Of a stretch of DNA of 59,591 nucleotides, positions 1-11,631 are shown piece by piece; the stretch's first letter is position 1; each line of letters starts with the position of its first letter. The stretch comes from Chromera velia (lineage: Eukaryota). The position numbers were made by a program, and so were the translations under genes. The notes beneath the pieces were generated by a model, which had not been told where the DNA came from, ran no database searches, and worked only from the letters and a program-made list of their open reading frames with translations. The DNA is taken from positions 1 through 59,591 of the forward strand of contig JAHBMJ010000003.1 of NCBI GenBank assembly GCA_018398765.1, given 5' to 3'.

Positions 1-1835
1 TCCGAGCAGATCGAAACACCTCTACGTCCGGAAGCCAACCTTTCCGACCTCCTCAAAGCCCCATCTCTCCCAACCCCCCCTGTCACCTCTCTGTCCATGC
101 AGTCAGATTTGAACCTCCAGCTAAAGTCGCCTTTCACTCTCCTTCTCACTTCCACCGTATTCCACTTTGGCATGTACGATCGAATGCAAGCCATCTCCGC
201 ATCTCGCAATTCCATCTGGGACCTTGATTAGGTCGTTCCAAAATCGTACCTCGATCCTCCAGTCAAGCACCGCCCTGGCCGCCCTTTCCTTTCCATAGGG
301 CCAACGCTACCCTGAACACGAGGGCCTGGATGTCCGTATCATCTGGAATGTTGCCCACCCCGCAGTCAGCAAGGAACTGTACCAGATCCCTCCTCGCCAC
401 ACTCTCTTCTACCCCCTTGATACCGATTTTTATCAGCTTCGACGACTCGACGACTGCTTGCATCTCCCCATCCCTGAATACCGGTGCCTCCTTCAGCAGA
501 TTGCCAAAGGAGATCCTGTCACCGGATCCTCTCCCTGGGGGTTCAAGGCCTAAGCCCCGAAGTATATTCCCAGGCTGTTCGACATGCCTAGGTGTCATGT
601 TCACTGGGGAGACAAACCCCGATCTGTCCCCTCCGGTCCCTCTGCTCTTTGCATCCACCGCCCTCCCTCCATTCCCCCCCCTGTTCACGCTCCCATCCCC
701 TTCATCCGCTTGTTCTCTCCTCCTCTTAGCAGACAGGGGTCTCGCCCCAGGCGCGGCGGCAGCTGCCGCAAATCCCTCCGACCCCGTGATACTCCCCCCC
801 CCCATTGCCTGTGGCATGTCTTGATCTGCGCCCAGCTGGGCCACGTCCTCCCCTACGATCACGATAGGCACGACCTGCTGGTGGGGGAACTAGATGGCCT
901 CCCCCCCCTGCTGCTGCTGCTGCTGTGGCCATCGTTGTTGAACTGCCCTTCCTCACGTCTGTGTGACTCCCCCGATTTAGACTCACACTTGTACTCCCGC
1001 CCACGCCCGTCTGTGCACCCCCCCCGAGCGGAGCCGTCGGTGTCAGGCCTCTCGGCAGCCCACCCGACCCCGTCCCCTGGGCTCAAAGCTCCCACTGTCT
1101 CGCCAATGCAGTCACATGATTTGTGAACTGCAGCGGAGACAAAGCCTTGCAGGCCTTCACTATTTCCCTAATCATCCTCTCCCCCGACTCCCCACTAGGG
1201 AACATCATGAAAATGAAGTCCACCAGCCTATGGAAGCTGATATACTTCCCACCAATCTCATTCACCATTGCCTTCACCGCTCCTTCGAACTCCTTCTGCC
1301 CCACCCCTCCTGCCAGGTACATCTCCCTCTTCAAAGCCCTGAAGGGCCCCTTCAAGGGGATATCGAGGAAGTCACACCCGAAGTGAGCCCCGGATATCGT
1401 CGCCTCCCTGACGAATGCTAGTCCGGGCGAGTATGCCGGATTTGGGGTCCTCCCGTCCAGTTTGAACTGAAAGGACGGGTGCCAGAGCTTGTTTGCATCA
1501 ACGGACCTCGCCACTATGCATGTAAACTCGTGCAGACGGGAGTTCTTATCCACAGCCTCGATCTGTTTCATCTGGTTCTTGGGTATCGCCTGCAGGAGCA
1601 GGCTCTTTACACCACTTCCTCCCTGGAAGTCGTATACGTCCATCACTTGTGCCACCAACCCCGCCCTTGCTCTCTCCAGCGCCGCCTGCATGTTCTCTCC
1701 ATCCCTCATCTCCACCACAACTGCCTTTCTCCTTCCCTGTGCAGAACCCGCCTGCCCACGTATCCGGAGGGCTGCCTCCCTGTCCACCGGAATGGCTGGC
1801 AGTGCTCCCGACTCGTCGTCCCACTGTCCACTCAT
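1..1835 (-). pseudogene. Decayed TE-like ORF (possibly non-LTR retrotransposon ORF1), running off the window edge
   Basis: The 250-aa ORF 1083-1835 continues in frame through a TGA into the 726-1004 frame. It then shifts at a G-run near 900 into the 263-871 frame and continues protein-like to position 1. The stops are TGA/TAG, one C>T away from CGA/CAG. No introns; no diagnostic domain recognised. Confidence 0.45.
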
Positions 1836-2049
1836 TGCGCAAAGCTACAGATCCTACTTTCAAGCGGACTTCCAGGAGAGTGTCTACCTTTCTGCCTACA
1901 GTTCTGCTTACGAAACAAACCACACCTTGCCCCTGAAGGTAAGACAATTGCCTACACGTGTATCATGAAAATCTCAAGTTCTTGGCCAAACGCCACCTCG
2001 AGAACAGGTACAATTAGTGTTACCTTAGAAATAAATGAATACAAAATCT

Positions 2050-4140
2050 GAGAAAGGCATCTGTGTCCTCTACTAAATTCTCTACCTGTATCTGCCTGGA
2101 AGAAGGAATGAATACAGAGAGAGGGATCTGTACCCATTGGTGCCCTTCTTTGATGGTGTTTTCATGGAATGTATATAGAGAGGGATCTCTGCCCTTCCCT
2201 GTCTGCAAGAAGGAATATATGCAGAGAAAGATCTCTGCTCTTCCCTGTCTGCAAGAAAAAATGAATGCAGAGAGGGATCTGTGCCCTTTCTGTCTGCAAG
2301 AAGGAATGAATGCAGAGTGATGCAGTGAGGGGGTTCTACCTGCGCGGTGAAATGAATCTGAGAATGAATGCAGAGAGGGATCGTTGTCCTTCACTGTGTG
2401 AAGGAAGAAATAAATGCAGAGAAAGAGATTTGTGCCCTTCACTGTCTGCAAGAAGGAATGAATACGGAAAGAGAGCTTTGCCGAGCTTTGCTCTTGCTGT
2501 CTACAAGGTGGAATAAATCTGAGAATGTTATTAAATGCAGAGAGGGATCTCTGCCCTTCCCTGTGTGCCAGAAAGAATGAACAAAGAGAGAGGGATCTGT
2601 GCGCTTCTCTTTATGAGGCGGAATGAATCTGAAAATGAATATAGAGAGGGATCTCTGCCCTCTACTATCTGCAAAAAGGAATGAATGCAGAGAGAGGGAT
2701 CTGTATGCTTTTCTCTCTGCAGGAATTAAGGAAGAAGGGCAGAGAGAGAGACATCTGCACCCTTGCCGGAATGTATACAGAAGCTTAGGATAGATCTGTG
2801 CCCTTCGGAATTATCCCTGTCCGCAAGAAGGGGTGGATGCAGAGGGATGGAGCCTTGCCTTTTGCTGTCCGCAAGAAGGAGTGAATACAGAGAAAAGCAT
2901 CTGTACTCTTTGCTATCTGTAAGAAATTAATGAATGCTGAGAGGGATCTGCGTTCTCCTTGTCTGTAAGGAGAAATAAATGAAGAGAGGGATCGTTGTCC
3001 TTCATTGTATGAAGGAAGAAAGAATGAATGCTGAGAGAGGGATCGTTGCCCTTCACTGTGTGAAGGAAGAAGAAATGAATGCTGAGAGAGGGATCTTTAC
3101 TCTTCGCTGTCTGCAAGAAAGGAATGAATGCTGAGAGGGATCTGTGTTCTTCTTGTCTGTAAGGAGGAATATTAGATAAAGAGAGGGATCTTTGTCCTTC
3201 GCTGTCTGTAAGTAATCAGGAATGCCAAGAGGGATCGTTGTTCTTCACTGTGTGAAGGAAGAAGGAGTAAATACTGAGAGAAGGATCTTTGCCCTTCGCT
3301 GTCTACAAGAAAAGAATGAATGCTAAGAGGGATCTGTGTTCTCTTTGTCTGTAAGGAGGAATGAATGCAGAGAGGGATCTTTGTTTTTCGCTGTCTGCAA
3401 GCATGCAATCAGGAATACCAAGAGAGATCCTTGCCCTTCGCTGTCTGTAAGAAGGGAATGAATGCTGAAAAAGGGATCTGTGTTCTCCTTGTCTGTAAGA
3501 AGGAATGAACGCAGAGAGGAATCTTTGCCCTTCGCTGTCTGTAAGCAATCAGAAATGCCGAGAGGGATCGTTGTGCTTCACTGTATGAAGGAAGAAGGAA
3601 TGAATGCTGAGAGGGATCTTTGCCTAGATCTTTGCCCTTCGCTGTCTACAAGAAATTAATGAATGCTGAGAGGGATCTGTGCTCTCCTTTTCTGTAAGGA
3701 GGAATGAATGAAGAGAGGGATCTTTACCCTTCGCTGTCTGTAAGAAAGAAATAAATGCTAAGAGACGGGTCTGTGTTTTCCTTGTTTGTAAGAAGGAGTG
3801 AAATGGAATGAATACAGAGAGGGATTTTCGCCCTCGTCTCGCTACAAGCAACAAGGATGCTGAGAGGGATTTTTGCCCTTCACTATGTGAAGGAAGAAGA
3901 AATGAATGCTGAGAGAGAGATCTGTGTTCTCTTTGTCTGTAAAGAGGAATAGATAAAGAGAGGGATCGTTGTCCTTCACTGTGTGTAGGAAGAAACTTCA
4001 GGGGAAGCACTGGGATGGATCTGTGTTTGCAAGGAAGAATGAATGCAGCCAGGGGGATCGTTTCCCTTTGCTCTTTGAGCAGGAATGAGTACAGAGGGAG
4101 GCATCTTTGCACTTCGCTGTCTTCAAATAGCAGGAATTGA
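2050..4140. repeat. Degenerate minisatellite, ~45-55 bp unit (GAATGAATGCAGAGAGGGATCT-TGCCCTTC-CTGTCTG-AAGAAG), roughly 40 copies
   Basis: The GAGAGGGATC core recurs every ~46-58 bp, with three interleaved unit variants. Confidence 0.9.
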
Positions 4141-4177
4141 AGTCTCTCAATGCTGCACCGTTGAGGACTCTTTTTGG

Positions 4178-4455
4178 CAGGGTTTGCTGATGTTTGCTGC
4201 CTCCAAGGAGCTGCGTATACATACGGAGCAGGGACTTACTGCTTTACAATAAGTGGAAAGACTCCCATCGGCAGGATTTGCTGTCTCCAAGAAGTTTTGA
4301 TATACGTTTTGAGCAGGATTTGCTGCTCTGTAAGAAGTGTAGAGAACTCTAATCGGTAGGATTTGCTGCCTCCAAGAAGTTGTGGTGTATGTTTTAAGCA
4401 GAATTTGTTGCTCTGCAAGAAGAAGTGTCGGTAGGATTTGCTGCATCCAAGGAGC
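4178..4455. repeat. Second short degenerate tandem repeat (AGGATTTGCTGYCTCCAAGAAG core)
   Basis: The core recurs about six times directly after the minisatellite. Confidence 0.7.
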
Positions 4456-5123
4456 CTCTGGTGGGTGCAAGAGATCGGAGTTGCCTTTGTGTCACAACGT
4501 CAGAAGAGACGTGAGTATGGACCGCACTCGACTGTAGTCATTCACTTCATTGAAGGAATCTGGGTGGTGGGTGCTCAATTAGCTAGGTTAACCGAAGCAG
4601 GCTCTTCCACACGAGGAGGTGCCCATTCAATTTCACTGATCTACCGAGAGTTTCTCCCATTTCTCTTTCTTTTCTTTGATCATCGTTGTTCTTTGTCGTT
4701 TTTGACCTTACTTAATCTCTTGTTGTATCTTTTTCTGCAGTGATATGCGGCGACGACGCTTAAATGCCCGGCTCAAGGCTCTGCAAGCGCCGCCACGCCT
4801 TTTCATGCATACCTCGGCCTCTGGGTCCGACCACAATGCCGCGAGCGTCACTGACGCACGCAAAAAATTATGCACGCATTGTACTGCATGCTTTCCGGGG
4901 CCGATGACGGGTCACTGCAGGCAAGAAACCGCACCTCACACAGTAGAGAGACCGTCTCTTCTCCTGCTCTTTGCCTGTCAACTCAGAATCAGCTCTGTGT
5001 CCACTGAAGTCCGTACACCGTCGTAGAATAGCAGGTTTTCATGCGCGCATTTGTGCCGGACTTGACGACAATGCAGCCTGAGTGAGTACGCTTTTAGTCC
5101 TTTCGCTTTTTGATTTGTGAAAG

Positions 5124-8100
5124 ATGTGGCCTCTGCGTGTTTCTGTCTTGCTTTTGTCATTTCATGCTTCTCTCTCACAAAGAGGCAAGCCAGCAGCTGC
5201 CCATGCAGCTGCGGCAAGAGGGGGGGCAGCACCACGGGTAGATCGGTTTCAAATGATGAGCCACTCCTTTCAGTCTCCTTTGACGTTCGACAACACGTTG
5301 GAGAATTGGGACTTGGGGGGGGCAACCATCCCTGCGCAGAAGTATGTCATTCTGACTCCTCAAGTGGCCAATCGTACGGGACAGTTCTGGTCAGTGAAGG
5401 ACATCTTTCGCTTTCCACCCATTGGCGAGAGGAAGTGAAGATTTGAGTGTTGCAGCTACCTAGCTGTGATTCTGTGCGCTGAAGTTGGTTCCCTTCAAAG
5501 CTTGCGTGCCCTGTCTGGCTCTAACTGTCTTTATTCCATGCTGAGTTCTTCTGCATCTATTTGGTTTTGGCATCCATTCCTTCCGGTCCGTCAGTGGTCC
5601 CGTATGCCCCTGTTACTGCACCTCTATTCATCTGGCTTCTGTGTAGCCTTCTCCCGCGCTTGACGAACTCTTTCTCTGCGGGGTTCTTGTTCTCACGTGC
5701 TCTTTATCGGATACCGTATACGTTTGGTGCAGGCACCGGGATCCCGTGAAGACAGACAACTGGGAGGTTGAATTTGAGTTCGAAGTGACGGGACCGGACT
5801 ACACCAAATCAGAAGGGTTTGCGTTCTGGTACGCCTACGAGCCCTACAAATCCACCTCCGACGGTTTGACGCCTGCCGAGTGGGACCTCTTCGCCTACAA
5901 GGTTCGGGGGGAGAACAGCAGAAAAGGGAAGAAAGGCGATACGAATGTCGGAGTATTTAGACGTCTTTGCAATGTGGAGATTCTCGTGTCTTGTGCAAGG
6001 GGGATTTCATGTGCCTGGCTTTTCTGCACAAGAGGGATTTCATGTGCCTGGCTTTTCTACCCGTTTTTCTCAAATTTTATGCGTTGCCAGTTAGGGCATC
6101 GGCAGGATCTGTTTCTTTCTGCCCTTTTACCGCTTCTCCCAGGACAAGAACAGGATTTTCTTCACTCTCTCTCTCCCTCTCTCTCGTCACTCTTCATGTG
6201 CTTGTGAATTTCAATGTGAGGGGACATATTTATGTGGGTGTTGTTTGTGAGTGCGTGCGTGCAGAGGACATTTGACGGTGTCGGCGTCTTCTTCTCTGTG
6301 TATGACGAGAACAGAAGGGTCAGTGGGAGGATGGACGGTTGGAGTTGATGTGCCCAGATGGGGGCCGCAGTGGGGGGATTTAGATGTGCAGTTTCCTTTT
6401 GTTACACCGTTTGTTAATTTGTTCGCGTGTGTGCTTGTTTTCCCCCTTCCTTCCTTATACCCGAAAGTGTATTTGATCTGCATCACTCCGTTTTGGTCTC
6501 TCCATCAATTGGTGGTTCTTGTGCCCTCACAAAAGGAATACGATTGTCTGTGTGCAGATTCAGCCCAAAATCTCTTTCGGAGTCAACGACGGAAAGGCCC
6601 AATTTGTACGGGTCCCCACTCCTCAGGGCGTGTCTTATGACTTTCGGAATAAAAGAGAACCCTTGGTCTTTCGGATGGCTGTAGGGCCTAAGGGAGTTAT
6701 CGGGCAAATTCGTCTAGCGAGTGAAAAGGGGCAGTGGGTGGATGTATTTCGGAGTAAGCAGCGTATCCTGCCGGGGGGGTACGTCGGTTTCTCGGCCTCC
6801 ACAGGGCCCGATGCGGGGTCTCCGGGGAAGCAGGGTGACAGGGTGACGCTGCACAGGATGGCGATGTTTAATTTGGACCTGCACTCAGCTGGAGGTGAGT
6901 GCGACTGTGAAAGATTGTGTGGCTGATCAATATAGCCAATTCCTCATCGAGCTTTTGCGTGTCGGTGCTGTGCTAAACTTCACTTGTACCGGGGTTGTGT
7001 TGGGTGTAGGCTGCGGGGCTTTGTGGGCATTTCGCGGTGTCTTCCCATTTGTCTAGATGTGACAGTGCAGTTTCTCCGTTCTACTTCTGTCTCTGCATTC
7101 TTTGAGAGCTCGGATTGGGTGCGGGCAGGAGGGCTTCTTGGAAGTGCCATCGTATTGTTGATGTTCAGCGCCCCTTGTTTTCTTCCTTTTTTTTATTTTT
7201 TGGTCTCCGAACGCACATGTTTGTTTGTGTCTGTGTCCGTGTCGACACACTCTCTCTCAAAGTTCCACCGTGGTTCATCTCCTTTGCCTCCCCTCTAACG
7301 AACTGCCTGCCTGAGTTGTTCGTTCAGAGGCCGCAAAGATCTCAAGCGAGGGCGTGGGGTCATCTGACAAGAACATCAACCAGCTCCTTGAGGCAGCCAC
7401 GAAGAGCCAGCAACAGCAGGTGAACCAAATCAAGGACCTCACGCAGCTGCTGTCAGACCACATTGCCGAGCAGGCACCACGGGAGGAATTCTTCTACGAC
7501 AAACTGAAGTCAGCTGGCAGAGGGAGCCAGAGAGGAAGACTTGCATTTAAATGTGCATACATTATGTGGACGTGAGAGAGAACGAAACCGAGAAAGTGCA
7601 GAAACGTTTCAAAAAGTCAATCCGGCATCGAAGAAAGAGAGGGCTCCATTCCCTTCCCAGCGTTGACGTGTCGTCCTGTAGTCGCTGCGTGTGATTTTTC
7701 AATAATGATTTCAGTCTAGGCCGGTCTGTCTAATTTGGCAGGGTTGATCGATGCTGGGTGCCCGTCGTTTTTGTTGATGACAGCTGCTTAGTTGCGGGTT
7801 GTGTGGAAAGACTTTGAATGGTGGACCGAGCAGACGGATCATAGGTTTGGTGTCTCAGCGAAACAATTAAGTGTCAATAGGTCTGTTTGAAATGGTAAAA
7901 TGACATCTTCTCCTTGGATTTTTTCGTTGGATATGTTCCTGATGCTCGCAGCGGGCTGACCGACAAGACACACCGCATGGTCGCGTCGGTTCGGGAACTA
8001 CGGAAAGAGCTGGAGGGGCATCAACAGGCAGCGGGGGGGCGAGCTGCGGGAGGGGGGACACATGAGGCGATCAAGCAGATGAATGAAGAGGTCTGTCTCT

Positions 8101-8656
8101 CACACAACACAAGAGTTTCCATGCGGAGGACATGCAGGGGTGGATAAGCGGAGTGAGTTTCTCTCTTTCTGCCTTCTTTCGTTGTCCTAGTAAGTAGAGA
8201 ATTCAGTGCTTGATCCCTCTTCTGCCGTTTGTTCTTCACTTCAAGCATGACCCCCCCATCCAGCTTTTCCTTTTTGCAAGTAGACCGGGTGACGTCATAG
8301 CGTCATCACCTCAATCTTGTGGCCCAGTGAGATGCAGCTTGACGTCCCTGTTTTCCATCCATTCATTTGTGCAGATTAGCGGTTTGAAGTCGACATTTAC
8401 AAAACAGAGCGCGCAGTCTCAGTCGACCATTTCATCGCTTCACCAACGAGTTTCAGCAATGAAGGGGGGAGGGGCTGGGAGCTCAAAGCAGGCAGTGAAG
8501 ACTCTGTCTGCCTCCGCGAAGGATTTGGAGCTTGCGATCAAGCGACAGAGCACATACAGCAGGTGGCTGATCTTGGCCATTGTGCTCCTTGTTTTGGGCT
8601 TTGCGGTCTTCATGTGGAAACGCATGCAGGCCATTGAGAAAAAACACTTTCTCTAA
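5124..8656 (+). CDS. L-type lectin cargo receptor (ERGIC-53/LMAN1/Emp47-like), 7 exons
   Basis: Phase-consistent GT-AG exons 5124-5389, 5733-5901, 6265-6318, 6558-6894, 7328-7508, 7952-8090, 8375-8656. Product has a signal peptide, legume-lectin-like motifs (HSFQSP, NWDLGGA, LTPQVANRTGQFW, WEVEFEFEV, EGFAFWY, FDGVGVFF, YVGFSASTG), a coiled-coil stalk, one TM helix and a KKHFL tail. Confidence 0.9.
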
Positions 8657-9719
8657 CAGGAAGGAAAAGGGAAAGGGAGTGCGGCTGTGCCGTCGCCTTC
8701 GCGGTAGGGTGTATCTATCTAATTCAGTTGTGAGTGAATGAATGAGTGAATTCAGCAAGAGGGACAAGGTGGGGGGCAGAAAAGCGGAAGCGGAGGAGGC
8801 TCGAGTCGACCCTTTCTTATCGCTTCTGCCTTCTTTTTTGAGTAGTGAATTTGAGCTGCGTGAACGTCAAAGCGCTGATGGATGGATGAATGAATGAGTG
8901 GATGGCTGGTGATTTCTGAATGGTAAGTCCATTTTGTCCTTGCACAATTGATGAAAGCCGTTCCTGCTTGAATGGATGGTTTCATGGGTCACTGGGTTCG
9001 TTGAGTCGTTGAATGACTGAATGGATGGATGAATGAATGAGTGTTGCGTCCCTCTCTCGTTTCGCCCCCCCTCTCCGTCTCTGTGGCTCAGTAGAATGTT
9101 GTTCGATGATCGATTGATGCGGTCCCTCTGTTGGCACACCCACATACCCGCCCGTCGACCTCCCAGCTCCTCATCTTCCCCCGTCCCCTTCGAGAAAAAC
9201 AATCTGTCGATGACTGGAATCCATGCACTCCGGAGAGCCTCCAAAACTCTTCCGATTCTTCCTGTTTCTTCACCTCATTTGATCCAACAACACTTCTACC
9301 GGCCGACAGGCCAACACGTACGCCATAGACCACCTCGCGGTCCTCGCCCATGTTCCTTCAAATTCGCAGCGATCAACTGTCCGATTGCTGCATTCGCTTA
9401 CACTCGTTTCCACTCCACCTCGAACCTGTTAACATTCTTCTATACTTCGTTCAGCTTTCCTTTCTTTTTATTCATTATGCTTTTATTTGCAAGATTTACA
9501 AGTACATGAAAAGGAATTTCTTGTAAAAAAAAAGTTTAAGAATAAAGAATAACGTTATCAAAAGTAAAGCTAGGTAAAAAAAAAGTTGATACCAAAAAAA
9601 AAAAAGAATGATGTGGGCACTGACCATTTAGGACTCTAGGTAGGATACGATGGGAATCATGGGATAGAATGTTTCAAGAAGGGAAAGTAGATTGATTCAT
9701 TGACTGATTGACTGACTGA

Positions 9720-10521
9720 TACACTAAAACTATAGTGTGACACACTTCAAATTGTGACACAATACCCTCTACACTAGTACTAGTGACACAAATAATTGTG
9801 TCACAATAGGTGTGATGAAATAGTTAGAGTAACTTAGGTGTGATGAAATTGTTAAACAAAAATTTAAGTGAAGCTGATGATGATGATTCAAGGTTAAATC
9901 CTAGATTCAGTGACGCCAAATCCTAAGCCACTAAGAAGGCTTTGAGGACAACCCAGAGCACACATTCATGGGGGGGGTGGGGGTGGGAGGAAGCCTGCAT
10001 GCCAATCAAAACGACTCTACTCACTAGCACATGGCAGCTTGCTTGATCGACACAATGAACCTTTTTCAGACAGTCGGCTAACGCTTTAGAGCCGCTTCTA
10101 GGCAGGATCGTGACCTAAACTTTTAAAGTGATTTGATGTTTTTGGACTTTAATTTGAAGTCGTTGAAGTTTAGATTGTTCTTCTACATTCAGTCATTCAG
10201 TCACCTCGATCACTCAATCACTCACTCCATCACCCCACTTACATTCACTTACTTCACTCTAACACTCTGACGTGCATGTGCGGAGTTTGCACGGCCCGAA
10301 GAGGCTATACGGCTATGCCGCTGCCGCTCCGCTGCCCCCCGACGCGTGTCAAGCCACGCCAAACACCGGAAACACGCGATCTATAACTATTTTTTTCACA
10401 TATAACTGTGATTTAATTAAATCAGTCGAAAGTTCTTAAAATCATAATTATTGTGTCACAAATCATTGTGATACAAAAGGTTCTAGAAATTTTTATTGTG
10501 ACACACTATAGTTCCAATTTA
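9720..10521. mobile_element. Non-autonomous hAT-like TIR element (802 bp), intact copy
   Basis: TIR TACACT..AACTATAGTGTG / CACACTATAGTTCCAATTTA; perfect 8-bp TSD CTGACTGA (9712-9719, 10522-10529); subterminal TGTGACACA repeats; homologous to the ends of 28794-58660. Confidence 0.85.
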
Positions 10522-10744
10522 CTGACTGATTTATTGGTTCCATGTCAGGCTTTCTTGTTATACTAGGATAGGAAACGTATTATAATGCATTCATAATTTA
10601 TGAGCTATAATATAACTAAAGCAACAATATGAACCATAATTTACAAAACGGAGTAAAATGGAAATAGACTCAATAGAGTCAATAAACTTCATATAAAATG
10701 ATTTAGGAAAGAACGGCTTGGATGAATATAAAATTTATTAGGAA

Positions 10745-10978
10745 AACCTCCTTGAACCTAAGTGCCACTTAAAAAAATATAATCAAAATGATCTCTATGT
10801 GCGGCATCGTTTTTGAAGAGACCATCCACGCCTGCGGCGTAGACGGTCAAAATATCGTCCAGATATGCGGTTTTGGCTTTCAGGACACCGTAAAAGATCC
10901 GCGCCTGCGGTACGGACTTTCAAGCTTATCTAAAAATGCGGCTTAAACTTTCAAGGGGTAACTAGGTTCAGGGAGGTC
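10745..10978. mobile_element. MITE, ~235 bp
   Basis: ~25-bp imperfect TIR ACCTCCTTGAACCTA.. / ..TAGGTTCAGGGAGGT; flanking duplication ATTAGGAA/ATCAGGAA (8-10 bp); internal direct repeat ATCCRCGCCTGCGG. Confidence 0.7.
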
Positions 10979-11631
10979 ATCAGGAAAGAGAAAGGGTGTA
11001 CACAATCTGGGGTTAAGAGTGTCTTCCAAAAGTGAAAGAGTCCATGAAATCCTTTTTTCTTTTCATGCATTCATTTTCACACAGGCATCGATCCTATAGT
11101 ATATATAGCGAGATGCCTGCGTTCTGTCATGTAGCTAGGGTTCTGAAGGGAACTTCTGATTTCCTATTCAGTGCGTCCCCAGCCGGATCTGTCAGTTCTG
11201 CATTTTCTTCTGTATATTCATATGTGATCGATATCGCCATGCATCATCATGCATGTGTACATATATGCACGCATATACGATTTCTACAAATCTGCATGAA
11301 GCACCACCTACATAGATTCGATAGAAGGGCAGATTTCATCCGTTCTCAGTGCAGTTTTTTGCTCTCACCTTCCGCTCTTGGGCGATCCTCCCGACTTATC
11401 TGTCGCTATTGACAGTCTGACACAACCTCTGCATACAAAGTCAGAGGAGTCACAAACAGGATCTGCCTCTGTACGTACATTAATTGTCCATAAGTTTCTT
11501 TGAGATTCGGTTGTGAGAGCGTCGAGCCAAGGTGGCCACGAATACAAATATCAAGGGGAGCCAAAGTATCTCTTTCCTTTTCTGTGCCCAAATAGACAGG
11601 CGTATATATATATAAAGAATGTGGGGTGCAG

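Noticed and set aside
2050..4455. CRISPR-like array
   Set aside because: Units are degenerate along their whole length, with no constant repeat and unique spacer alternation, no cas genes and a eukaryotic context.
2020..4470. Short ORFs in the minisatellite
   Set aside because: They are repetitive by-products of the tandem array with no coding signal.
9033..9509. Possible small gene or first exon of the MATH gene
   Set aside because: No recognisable motif or convincing start and splice chain; cannot be supported without transcripts.
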